64,000 nucleotides of DNA from Tortispora ganteri (lineage: Eukaryota): NCBI GenBank assembly GCA_003707115.1, contig PPNB01000022.1, forward strand, positions 62,001 through 126,000, in the 5' to 3' direction. Below the pieces are notes generated by a model, which worked only from the letters and a program-made list of their open reading frames with translations, ran no database searches and was not told the DNA's origin. Shown one piece after another: positions 10,205-19,419 of the stretch. The translations under genes and the position numbers were made by a program. Within the stretch, counting starts at the first letter, position 1. Each line of letters starts with the position of its first letter.

Positions 10205-12196
10205 TCACAAATAAATCCTATGAGAGCCGTCGACGTTATAGGTTACTCTTTCCGATAGTGCGTATCCACTTTCATCCGCAGTAACGGCACTGAAATCATA
10301 CCATACAGATGTAGAGTCTGTATTGCGGCTAAACGTCGCATTTAGAGTACCGTTCTCAGGCAGCGTCAGTGCCTGGCCGAGAGGAAAGAAAGCCGGGAAC
10401 CAAGAGCGCAAACAATTTTCAGATCCTGTAATATTGTTAATCACAATATCTCCATACAGAACGGCCTCAAAATACCCCAAGAACCCGTTTATTTTAGTTT
10501 CTGAAGACACATTGTCCCATTCTACCTCTGAGAACCGTTGATTCATCACAGTGGTGTTGCTTAAAAGGTCCATTGGCATCTCCGGGTCTTTATAGATACC
10601 TTGAGGAAACCCAAAACTCCATAATTTAAAAGGTTTAATACCTTTCCACGGAGAGTATACGCTTTTGGTTCCTTCCTGAGCATGCTCTGGATTAGCAGAA
10701 AAGTATCGCACTTTATCGGGATTCACAATCAGAGGCAGTCGTTTAAATTCATCTCTGCTTCTTGTCGCAGCCGTCCATTCGCTATGCAGCAAAGGAGAAT
10801 ATATAGGTTCAACGAAAGTCTTGATGTTTGAAGGGATCATGATGGTGTTGGGCGATTTCATGCTACAGAGTTGCGGAAGGCTTAAGCATTCGGGGCACAG
10901 TTCATTATCGCCAAACGACCCAATAAGTTCTGATACAATAATATCAAACGCTCCAAGTTCAGCTAGACGTACACTTGCTTTCAGCGTGTCTAAAGTCAGC
11001 ACTTTCAGACAGCTGTAGTGAGCCTCGTATCCCTCTTTAACAGCCGCAACTGGCACGGGGTTGCGTTCAATAGCCACGACTTTGAACTCTATGTCATCAT
11101 CGCATTCAGATCGGCAATGCATAATCTCATCAATAATGCGGCCGTAACCTGCGCCTATCAGTAATATAGATATGCAGTTGATTTCAGGGTCACGATCTGT
11201 AATCGTTTTCAGTGCGGAGGCAATAGCAGCTCTATACATGCTATACTTTTTATGGTCGGTTTCCATAGTCTTATACATTGTAGAAGTAAGAAGTTGCTTA
11301 TGTGGCTGCATAGGCGTCTGCAGGACATCGAGATGGGTCTGTTTCCGTTTAGGGAACTGTCGTTTTAGCACTCTCTTGTAGTAAGAGGGAAAGCCCAGTA
11401 CTATTATGTTCTTATCAGATTGAGCCGAAAGAAAATTGCTTTTGTTGGGTAATGCCTCTGAATGTAATCGCAGTGCTATGACTGGAGGGAAAGAGCTTGC
11501 AGCAAAGGCCGCTAGAAGGCTCTCATACGCGGGTCGCAGTGCAGGCAAATTGCGCTGGCCGGGTAGGAACGGAGTCTCGTTCTCGTCCGTTATATCCAAA
11601 AAGATGTGAGAGACAGTAGAAGAGTACCAGTCAAAGAGGGTGGCCGAGAGATCAAGAGAGGCCTTCGAGAATATCAGCACAGGTTTGATGACGATCTGCG
11701 ATGGCAAACCCGAAAGCGCTTCGTGCCACATCTGATAAGACCTCGGCATTTGGGCGTTCCAAAGAATTGAATATGATAGATTAGGATAAGCAAGAAATAC
11801 GGAAGAGAGATTGGAGAAGGAAAAGCCATATAGAGATTGGTCTTTGAAGTCTATATTGATCAGAATTGTGCTGTAGCCGAAGTGTTCAGCTACTTGTATC
11901 TGTTGAAGCAGATGCTGTTTAAGCAAAGAGACAGCATTTTTAGAGATAGAGAAGGTAGATGAAACCATGATTGTGATGATATTTATAGTTTTCTCGTACA
12001 ACATATGCTCGATCTGTGGCAAAACTGGAGTGTGATGATCGGCAAGGGCGCGAATGTGTTCACAAGATTGATCGTACTGCTCCTTTGACTGCACATTCAT
12101 GTAATAGCGATCAAAACTCAAATATTCATACTCTGAATCATGCATTGGGCAAATATAAAGATCACCGCTTAAATCTGATAGGCAAAAGTCGACCAT
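10205..12196 (-). CDS. HSL7: PRMT5-family arginine methyltransferase Hsl7/Skb1 (divergent)
   Basis: LQTPMQP..L.S..Y...E.D..KY, GAGYG, VVAIERNP, DIIVSELIGSFGDNELCPECL, GYFEAVLY, SWFPAFFPL. Confidence 0.9.
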   Translation of the reverse strand: MVDFCLSDLSGDLYICPMHDSEYEYLSFDRYYMNVQSKEQYDQSCEHIRALADHHTPVLPQIEHMLYEKTINIITIMVSSTFSISKNAVSLLKQHLLQQIQVAEHFGYSTILINIDFKDQSLYGFSFSNLSSVFLAYPNLSYSILWNAQMPRSYQMWHEALSGLPSQIVIKPVLIFSKASLDLSATLFDWYSSTVSHIFLDITDENETPFLPGQRNLPALRPAYESLLAAFAASSFPPVIALRLHSEALPNKSNFLSAQSDKNIIVLGFPSYYKRVLKRQFPKRKQTHLDVLQTPMQPHKQLLTSTMYKTMETDHKKYSMYRAAIASALKTITDRDPEINCISILLIGAGYGRIIDEIMHCRSECDDDIEFKVVAIERNPVPVAAVKEGYEAHYSCLKVLTLDTLKASVRLAELGAFDIIVSELIGSFGDNELCPECLSLPQLCSMKSPNTIMIPSNIKTFVEPIYSPLLHSEWTAATRSRDEFKRLPLIVNPDKVRYFSANPEHAQEGTKSVYSPWKGIKPFKLWSFGFPQGIYKDPEMPMDLLSNTTVMNQRFSEVEWDNVSSETKINGFLGYFEAVLYGDIVINNITGSENCLRSWFPAFFPLGQALTLPENGTLNATFSRNTDSTSVWYDFSAVTADESGYALSERVTYNVDGSHRIYL

Positions 12197-12297
12197 GGGG
12201 GGCAGTTATTGGAAAAGTATGGTTGGTGGCACTACTAGTCAATCTATAACTTCCCACCTTCTCTAACCCTTTTTTCCCCCTTTATCATTTATACAGC

Positions 12298-12966
12298 ATG
12301 CAAGGTGGCCGTAGAATACGGATTCCTTCTATCAAAATAGTAGTAGTTGGTGACGGAGGATGCGGTAAAACTAGCTTATTAATTGTATATACTAAAGGTG
12401 AATACCCTGGTGAGTATGTGCCGACGATATTCGAGACATATAATAAAGTGATAGAGATCAATCAGCGGCAGGTGGAACTAACATTATGGGACACGGCGGG
12501 TCAGGAGGAATATGATAGGTTAAGACCGTTATCTTACCCTGAAACAGATGTGTTTCTTGTATGTTTTAGTATCGATAACCGCGAAACTCTAGAAGATGCA
12601 TTCGAGAAGTGGATTCCTGAATGCAAACATTTCTGCCCATTCTCGCGGATATACCTAATTGGGTTGAAATCGGATCTGCGGAAACACGCAAAAGATGGAC
12701 TAGTAGATTACGAGTTGGCTAAAACAAAAGCTGAATTGTTAAATATTAGTTATTACGAATGTTCGTCGCTCAATAACGATTTCGTTACTGAACTGTTTAA
12801 CGATATTATAGTGCAGGATATATACGATTTGGATCATTCCTACAACGCGCGACCCGGAAATCCGCAGTTTACGCGCGCAGAGGCAACCCCCGTCAACAAC
12901 CGGTCTTCGCACTCAAAATCGAATTCAAAGTCGAAATCGAAGCTAAAGAAGTGCGTAATCTTATGA
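12298..12966 (+). CDS. RHO4: Rho-family GTPase Rho4
   Basis: GDGGCGKT, YVPTIFE, WDTAGQEEYDRLRPLSYP, GLKSDL, CaaX CVIL. Confidence 0.85.
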   Translation: MQGGRRIRIPSIKIVVVGDGGCGKTSLLIVYTKGEYPGEYVPTIFETYNKVIEINQRQVELTLWDTAGQEEYDRLRPLSYPETDVFLVCFSIDNRETLEDAFEKWIPECKHFCPFSRIYLIGLKSDLRKHAKDGLVDYELAKTKAELLNISYYECSSLNNDFVTELFNDIIVQDIYDLDHSYNARPGNPQFTRAEATPVNNRSSHSKSNSKSKSKLKKCVIL

Positions 12967-12971
12967 GAACC

Positions 12972-13163
12972 TCACCGCGCCGCGTCTTTTGATATCTGTT
13001 CGATATTTGTCCATAATGACGAGACGTTTTCGAAGTCTCTGCCTATCGCAATACTCTCTTCGATGGACCTATTTAATTCATTTAGCTGAGATAGCACGGT
13101 CTCAAATTTACCTGAAATCTCCGCGATTAGAATCTCTTTTCTGGACTCATACTCCTTGTTCAT
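12972..13163 (-). CDS. DAD1: DASH/Dam1 complex subunit Dad1
   Basis: EYESRKEILIAEI...ETVLSQLNELNRSIEESIAIGRDFENVSSLW matches the Dad1 pattern; ATG at 13163. Confidence 0.85.
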   Translation of the reverse strand: MNKEYESRKEILIAEISGKFETVLSQLNELNRSIEESIAIGRDFENVSSLWTNIEQISKDAAR

Positions 13164-13212
13164 GGTGGTGGAAGCTGTCGAAAACTTAGAGTTCGACAAT
13201 CACCACACTTTT

Positions 13213-13218
13213 ACGCGT
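13213..13218. promoter_or_regulatory. MCB element in the DAD1/DAD3 divergent spacer
   Basis: TTACGCGTCA in an 85-bp ATG-to-ATG spacer. Confidence 0.6.
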
Positions 13219-13248
13219 CAAACCTCTCTCTACTTACTACCACCGGTC

Positions 13249-13476
13249 ATGAACCAAATACAGGCTCAACAAATACTACTGCAAGATTATGAATCATTGA
13301 ATAATTCATTAACTGAATTAATAGAAATTTTGCTTAAAATAAATCAGAAAAACGTCCCTGAAATATCAAATTCATTAAGAAACGTGGAAACTAATCTAGC
13401 ATTAGTGTCCACGCTCATGAAATCTTCCGTGTATTCAATATTCATGGAAGAACAGCCTAGTGACGTTAGCTACTAA
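13249..13476 (+). CDS. DAD3: DASH/Dam1 complex subunit Dad3
   Basis: QQILLQDYESLNNSL...EISNSLRNVETNLALVSTLMKSSVYSI matches the Dad3 pattern (LR.LE.K..LV.TL.KASVYS); ATG at 13249. Confidence 0.82.
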   Translation: MNQIQAQQILLQDYESLNNSLTELIEILLKINQKNVPEISNSLRNVETNLALVSTLMKSSVYSIFMEEQPSDVSY

Positions 13477-13520
13477 TCGATGTTGTGTAATAGCTCCAAG
13501 TCACTTAGAATCTTTTCCTT

Positions 13521-14564
13521 TTAGAACCCAAAGTATCGTTCAGAGACATCCGTAATTCGCTTACCTCTACCTCTGGCGATATCTTCAGGCAGCACTTGGT
13601 GCTCAGTCAATGCTAAAAACGCCGCTTTTGCGACATTCATTTTATTTCGACTGCCAAATACCCGACCTGAAACATCTTTCAGCCCGGCTGCCCGGCATAT
13701 ACCATGTACTACATGGTTAACGCGAAGACCGTATCCCAGTGGCGCAGGAAACAGCTCGAGCCTCACTCCATGGTACTTCACCCGTACCGGACTGTATAAT
13801 GTTCGCTCCTCGTATCTAGGTACGTATTTCAGGCCTCTAATAGCATTCATTCGCGCCAGTTGACGCACTTGTGACGAGTCGTAAGGATGCCGACCGTAAC
13901 CCAGCGACATCATACCATTTTGATCTCCGGCGACGCACAAGCAATTCAAACTGTGCTTTTTGCCCAATCTTGTCTGATTAGAAACAAACCCCAATAAAAT
14001 GTATTCCGTGAACATGTTATTCACAGCGTACTGCTCTATTCCCGCTATTCTTGCGATCTCTCCTATTCTTGTGTTTTCCGTGCTGCCCATCGTAGTTCCT
14101 TCCTTCGCCGGCTCCGTAACGTACGGCTTGCCTTTGAATTCCTCACCTGGACGTAAAAATGGATCTTGTTCTTCTTTCGATTGTACCTTAAACTCGTTCA
14201 GGTTACTGTACACCACATGTTGCGGCAACGGCTGCCGCGGCGCCGGGAATGTTGTCCATTCGCCCCGTGCAAAGTCATAAACCGGGTCGTACGTCGCAAA
14301 ATCATCCTTGTAGATGGGTCCAAATTGGTTACGTCTTTGTGGTCGTGCTCGTGCATAATCAACAGGGTCAATCTCGCGCTCTGCCTTGAGTATGCTATTT
14401 ACAAGTTCAATAGGATAGTATTTCATCAGTTTCTCAATGTGTTCTCTCCGTCGGTCTTTTTCCTTCTTTATATCATGTTTAATAGGTCCGACAATCTCAC
14501 TATTAAACCGCATACCTAATCGAAAAACCCTTTGGCTTCGCAGCAATCGGCTGCTGCTAAACAT
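13521..14564 (-). CDS. MRPS5: Mitochondrial ribosomal protein uS5m
   Basis: VSNQTRLGK, AGDQNGM..LG, PRYEERT, GYGLRVNH, GSRNKMNVAKA, IARGRGK; ATG at 14564. Confidence 0.92.
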   Translation of the reverse strand: MFSSSRLLRSQRVFRLGMRFNSEIVGPIKHDIKKEKDRRREHIEKLMKYYPIELVNSILKAEREIDPVDYARARPQRRNQFGPIYKDDFATYDPVYDFARGEWTTFPAPRQPLPQHVVYSNLNEFKVQSKEEQDPFLRPGEEFKGKPYVTEPAKEGTTMGSTENTRIGEIARIAGIEQYAVNNMFTEYILLGFVSNQTRLGKKHSLNCLCVAGDQNGMMSLGYGRHPYDSSQVRQLARMNAIRGLKYVPRYEERTLYSPVRVKYHGVRLELFPAPLGYGLRVNHVVHGICRAAGLKDVSGRVFGSRNKMNVAKAAFLALTEHQVLPEDIARGRGKRITDVSERYFGF

Positions 14565-14801
14565 ATCCGCCAAAAAAAGTTCGCTAAATTTCCACCTTTG
14601 TGGTCGTTTCAGCGGTCGAAAGTCTCTCTTGTCAAATTGGCTAGGCTCCAGGTTGCTCCGAGGAAATTTGTTGAATCCACCTAACTCTAATGCTCGCTCA
14701 CCCTTGCTGATTGGCTGCGTCTTGGGTAATTACCTGCTCCTTATTGGCCAAACACCCTTCCAACGACCTTTGCTCGATTTTTTCCTACCATATCTTTTTG
14801 T

Positions 14802-16301
14802 ATGTACATAAGACGAGCGTTCTGTTCCTCTTCCAGCCAGCTCTTTATGTCGAAACTAAAGTCTAAGAAACTGAGGGCACAGCTTGATCCGGCATCTGAA
14901 GAGAATGTACTCAAATCAGACATCTTCAAAGCTTTGGCGACCCGCGGCCTCACATGGGACGACGTCGCAGTCGACATGGCACTATTACGGCCCAAAAGAC
15001 AGAAACTGACACCTGAGCAACTTCAACTACGTGTACACAAACCTACTGTGTCTACATCTATTATTGATCTTACCTCTCATGGAGATGGAATTGCCATATA
15101 TGACCATCAGTCTACACCACGTGCGCCTGGCATCAAACGGTTCGAAGTGCTTTTGATCCCCTTTGTCTTACCTGGCGAACAGGTCACTGCCAGAATAAGG
15201 TACACTGAACAGTTCTGGTCTCGTTGCGATCTGTTGAGCATTGATTCTCACTTCTCACCAATGAGAAATAATGACCTTGTACAATGTAAATACTTCGGAC
15301 AATGTTCAGGGTGTCAATTTCAGATGATTCCGTATACCGACCAGTTGATCTTGCTTAGAAATACCGTCAAACGAGCCTACGAGACTCTGTGCGACCTTCC
15401 GAAGATCCCGCAAATTCTTTCGACCATGCCCAGCCCGCAACAGTTTATGTACAGAACAAAGATCACACCGCACTTCTCAAAACCAAAAAATAATGATCCG
15501 CTCAAAATTGGCTTCAACCTGGCCGGCGGCGCGCCTGGTGAAATCGATATAGAAGATTGCATTATTGCCACCCAGCCTATTCGTGATTCAATGAAACAGG
15601 AACGGCTCAAAGTTGCTGCAAATATTGACAAATACAAAAACGGTGCAACCTTACTATTACGTGAAACTTACAAACTGGAAGACAATGGAAAATTTTATCC
15701 TACAACTACTACCGATAACAATGAAACAGCTACAACTTTTGTTGGTAAATGGCGGTTTGAGTATTTTGCAGGTGATTTCTTTCAAAATAATGCCTCAATC
15801 CTGGTTGATTTCACAGACTACGTCAAACAAAATATCAGCACTAATATTAAGTATTTGGTCGATGCTTATTGCGGAGCAGGCTTGTTTTCAATTACCTGTT
15901 CTGATTCAGCTGAACGCATACTTGGAATCGATATTAGTGTACCTTCAATAAAAAGCGCCAAAAGAAACGCGGAACTAAACAATGTCAAGAACGCTACCTT
16001 CATTGCTGGGAACGCCGAAGCCATATTTGAGCCTGTTAAAGCAGAAACAGAGCCTGATCTGACAGCTGTTATTATTGATCCGCCTCGTAAAGGGTGTGAC
16101 ACAAAATTTCTGAACCAACTGCTTGAGTTCAGCCCTAAAAAGATCATCTACATCTCGTGCAATGTGTTCACTCAGGCCAGAGATTTGAAGTACTTCCTCA
16201 CACACCCTTCTGCTGCACCATACATAGTTGAATCCGTGCGCGGTGTAGATCTATTTCCGCAAACCCGCCATGTCGAATCAATTGCCGTTTTGTCTCGTTA
16301 A
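14802..16301 (+). CDS. TRM2: tRNA (uracil-54) methyltransferase Trm2
   Basis: CKYFGQCSGCQ, YRTKITPHF, FFQNN, LVDAYCGAGLF, IDPPRKGC, YISCN, DLFPQTRHVES; start may be the later ATG (MSKLK). Confidence 0.93.
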   Translation: MYIRRAFCSSSSQLFMSKLKSKKLRAQLDPASEENVLKSDIFKALATRGLTWDDVAVDMALLRPKRQKLTPEQLQLRVHKPTVSTSIIDLTSHGDGIAIYDHQSTPRAPGIKRFEVLLIPFVLPGEQVTARIRYTEQFWSRCDLLSIDSHFSPMRNNDLVQCKYFGQCSGCQFQMIPYTDQLILLRNTVKRAYETLCDLPKIPQILSTMPSPQQFMYRTKITPHFSKPKNNDPLKIGFNLAGGAPGEIDIEDCIIATQPIRDSMKQERLKVAANIDKYKNGATLLLRETYKLEDNGKFYPTTTTDNNETATTFVGKWRFEYFAGDFFQNNASILVDFTDYVKQNISTNIKYLVDAYCGAGLFSITCSDSAERILGIDISVPSIKSAKRNAELNNVKNATFIAGNAEAIFEPVKAETEPDLTAVIIDPPRKGCDTKFLNQLLEFSPKKIIYISCNVFTQARDLKYFLTHPSAAPYIVESVRGVDLFPQTRHVESIAVLSR

Positions 16302-16350
16302 TGAATTCTCATGATCAATTTATTTTATAATTTATTAGTATTCGTGTAGG

Positions 16351-16386
16351 TTAGGGCTACTGAAACTTTCTATAGGGTTGTGACTG
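16351..16386. promoter_or_regulatory. RPL22 promoter: TTAGGGCTA/TAGGG (Tbf1/Homol-E-like) plus Homol-D TGTGACTG
   Basis: TTAGGGCTA at 16351-16359, TAGGGT at 16373, TGTGACTG at 16379-16386; the same pairing occurs upstream of RPL6. Confidence 0.65.
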
Positions 16387-16468
16387 TCATTTGTTGGGAG
16401 AAACGCACGTACAACACAATATCGAAGTTCCTGAATTAATTACCTTGCTTATACACACACATATCATA

Positions 16469-16946
16469 ATGGCACCTGTAAGTAGAATTTATTGGATTGT
16501 ACTCAGCTGAAAATTAAATACCGTGGGCTTTGCTGGCAGTGCAGCGCATCAAAGAACAGTAGGCTAACATGGTATAGGTCGCAAAAGCTCTTGGAAAACG
16601 TGAATACGTTATCGATGTCAGTGCTCCTGCTGGAGACGGCATTTTCGATGTCGCCAGCTTTGAGAAGTTTCTCAATGAGCGCATCAAAGTCGACAACAGA
16701 CCCGGAAACCTTGGTGAGAGCATAACTGTATCCCGACAAGGTACCGGCAAGATTGTCATCTCCGTGAAGAACGTCCCCTTCTCCGGCAGATACCTCAAAT
16801 ACCTCACTAAGAAGTACCTCAAGAAGAATTCTCTTCGTGACTGGCTCCGTGTTATTTCCGTCAAGCGCGGTGTGTACGAGCTCCGCTTCTTCAACGTTGT
16901 CGGTTCTGATGATGAGGAAGAAGAGGAAGAGGAGAGCGCTGAATAG
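16469..16946 (+). CDS. RPL22: 60S ribosomal protein eL22; exons 16469-16477 and 16578-16946
   Basis: ATG GCA CCT, then intron GTAAGT...GCTAAC...TAG (16478-16577); exon 2 reads IDVSAPAGDGIFDVASFEKFL...FSGRYLKYLTKKYLKK..LRDWLRV. Confidence 0.95.
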
Positions 16947-17008
16947 ATGCCATCTACTCTTTAGTATGGGGAAACGTCTTTAATGAATATCTCTTTGTCT
17001 TTTTTGTT

Positions 17009-17887
17009 TTATTTGTGTATGTAGACTCTGTAGAAATGTCTTGAATCCTCTAGCGGTAAATTGTACCTTAAGTGGGGCAGTCTGACCCAGTGTGAGTCGT
17101 TCTCGTAAATCGTCTCCCATGAATCTCGCAGAATATGGTCCAGCAGAATATGTAGCGAAAATGTCTTTGTTCCTACTGTAATGTTTGAGTAACTTCCTGC
17201 TGGTTCAACGAGAAACAATCGTGTTCCCCTCCGAGCATGGGCTGAGATCACGGATAGCATTCGTATGAACTTCTGCTTGTCTTCCTTGTAAAGTTCGGCA
17301 GATGTAAACAACAATGATATAATATCGGCGTTTACAATCTGTAGTGTATATGTATCTGCGTCAAGAATATCCTGCTGCATAAATGTTATTTCTGGCAAGT
17401 CGTCCACGGCCTGTTGTAGTTTCCCTGTTAGTCTGTCAACGACGATCGACCAGTCCGCAATGTCTATTAATGTGATCGATTGAGGTATTGAAATAGGATC
17501 TTTACGTTGTCTTACTACATTCGCGAGAGAGATAGGGCCCTTCTGCGCGTGTTGTGGCTGAATCGTAGGGTATTCGTCTGGATCGATCAAAGATGCAAGA
17601 CAGAAACCTACAAGCTCACCACCTGGGCCGCCACCAAGGCACAGAAAGTTTTTAGGAGTACCAGTAGACAGTTTCAGTTGGCTGCACAAAATCGCATACA
17701 TCGCTGCACGCGAAGGACTCCAGCGACATGCATAGGCGACGCGGTAGGGCTCTGTCGCAAAGGCCTGCATGTACTCGCGGTCGTACAGGTGGCCCTTTAC
17801 CTCTTGAATCTGCTCGTTTAGAGACTCAATATCAGATAGCTCTGACTTGAACGCCTCTGTAAATATATTGACACAATTTTGCGCCAT
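17009..17887 (-). CDS. BMT6: 25S rRNA uridine-N3 methyltransferase Bmt6
   Basis: IQEVKGHLYDREY..AF, AYACRWSPSRA, CLGGGPGGE, DIADW, LFTSAEL, EPAGSYS. Confidence 0.88.
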   Translation of the reverse strand: MAQNCVNIFTEAFKSELSDIESLNEQIQEVKGHLYDREYMQAFATEPYRVAYACRWSPSRAAMYAILCSQLKLSTGTPKNFLCLGGGPGGELVGFCLASLIDPDEYPTIQPQHAQKGPISLANVVRQRKDPISIPQSITLIDIADWSIVVDRLTGKLQQAVDDLPEITFMQQDILDADTYTLQIVNADIISLLFTSAELYKEDKQKFIRMLSVISAHARRGTRLFLVEPAGSYSNITVGTKTFSLHILLDHILRDSWETIYENDSHWVRLPHLRYNLPLEDSRHFYRVYIHK

Positions 17888-17951
17888 GTGGAAAGCGTAT
17901 ATACATGAAAAAGAACGCGAACATGCAAGCAGAACGAATATAAGCAGAGTT

Positions 17952-17973
17952 TTAGGGTGTGTTAGTCACGTGA
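17952..17973. promoter_or_regulatory. TTAGGG plus GTCACGTGA (Tbf1- and Cbf1-like sites) in the BMT6/mS38 divergent spacer
   Basis: TTAGGG at 17952-17957 and GTCACGTGA at 17965-17973. Confidence 0.5.
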
Positions 17974-18054
17974 TAATAAAGCTGCCAGTAATTTTTCACT
18001 CCCCCCTACTGACCAATTGACCCAAAGGCTATTAGAAAGCGATACTATTATCTA

Positions 18055-18669
18055 ATGTTACCACGAACATTGAGGAGGCCAAACTTGAATGCTTTTGGCC
18101 GAAGTTTGAGGCTTACACCTCTACCTGGACGCAAATACAGTTCGTCTGAGGGTCAGAATACGACGAAGGAAGTGTATACTGAACCGTTCAAGATCTCCAG
18201 AGCGCCTACCACACAACACAAGAGCTTCCGCGACATCATGGAGGCGTCGTTCTTTGCGTGTCATCGGCCGTTAAATTTTTCTAGAGAGCAAATGAAAAAT
18301 GAAATTAGTCTAGAAAAGTTGGGGTTTATGACCGTTACGGTTCAAGGTGGCGGAAGCATTGGTTATGAAGGAGCCGGCAGCTCTATAGAAGGAGACAATA
18401 TTGTTATTGAATCACTGCCTAAACTGTTAAGGCATTTGATTGAATCGGCGCATGACCAGATTCCTTCCGTGGAAAAAAGACTGCAATCATTGATAAATCA
18501 TAATATTAGAATAGACCAGAAGCAGATGGAACAAATCGAAGCGCTATTCAGTCCGGAAACCGTCGAACTCACATCTGTGCGTCGTAAACGGAAACTCAAG
18601 ATCAACAAGCACAAGTTGCGTAAACGACGTAAAGCGCAACGTGCGCTTAAGAGAAAGCTGGACCGCTAA
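18055..18669 (+). CDS. QRI5: Mitochondrial ribosomal protein mS38 (Cox24/Qri5, DUF1713)
   Basis: Presequence-like N-terminus, SFFACHRPL, C-terminal LTSVRRKRKLKINKHKLRKRRKAQR. Confidence 0.85.
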   Translation: MLPRTLRRPNLNAFGRSLRLTPLPGRKYSSSEGQNTTKEVYTEPFKISRAPTTQHKSFRDIMEASFFACHRPLNFSREQMKNEISLEKLGFMTVTVQGGGSIGYEGAGSSIEGDNIVIESLPKLLRHLIESAHDQIPSVEKRLQSLINHNIRIDQKQMEQIEALFSPETVELTSVRRKRKLKINKHKLRKRRKAQRALKRKLDR

Positions 18670-18887
18670 TTGTGTTCACTACTTGGCTGTCGGCATGTTA
18701 GAGGCTTATATGTCTCTTCTTGTTGAAAAGACAATTCTGACAGTAGTTATAACCCCTATTGAATGAGAATGAGAACGATGTATGTTTGGAAATGTTTTTT
18801 TTAAGTATCTTAGAATATTTGCGGAACGTAAGGTGTGGTCGTTAATATGCGAGTTCTGGTACACTGCTAACAACAACTTTGATAACG

Positions 18888-19340
18888 TTAGTTGTACTTC
18901 TCGATGTAATACCTAGTAAGCGCGTTTATAGCGCTTGTATCTCCACTGCGCCACAGGTTAGCAGAGTCGACGTTTAATGGGCTGTCTGGCTCCGGTGAAC
19001 TCAGCAGCTGTCGGATGGCGACTAAAGCTGAAGCTAGTGTCCATGCCGGGGACCACTTATCGCTCAACACGTCGAGGCATATGTCGCCTGTTTTTAAGTC
19101 AATATTTGGATGTGATATGCGATTTTTAAATTTGATTGTCGGAGGCTTTATAGGGTACTGATCTGGCACGTTGATAGTCAGGTCAAATGTGGTGTTTTCG
19201 AACGGCGAGGACGGTGGTCCCTCTATCTTAGCTGTCCAGTGGTATAGATCTGCGTCATCTATAACGTTGAGAGCTGCTACGCCTTCAGGTAGCTCAATTT
19301 GAGCTTGTCCAAGCTCTCTGAGCAGTCTTCCGGGGGACAT
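18888..19340 (-). CDS. PEX4: Ubiquitin-conjugating enzyme E2, peroxin Pex4
   Basis: RLLREL, HPNIDLKTGDICLDVL..KWSPAWTL, PEPDSPLNVDSANL; ATG at 19340; near PHB1 as in S. cerevisiae. Confidence 0.8.
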   Translation of the reverse strand: MSPGRLLRELGQAQIELPEGVAALNVIDDADLYHWTAKIEGPPSSPFENTTFDLTINVPDQYPIKPPTIKFKNRISHPNIDLKTGDICLDVLSDKWSPAWTLASALVAIRQLLSSPEPDSPLNVDSANLWRSGDTSAINALTRYYIEKYN

Positions 19341-19419
19341 ATAGAAGCAGAGTTCTGAGTGAGGATATGGGTGCGGTGGGGAATAATTGGTGAACCTTAA
19401 TATTCGATATACATACACC

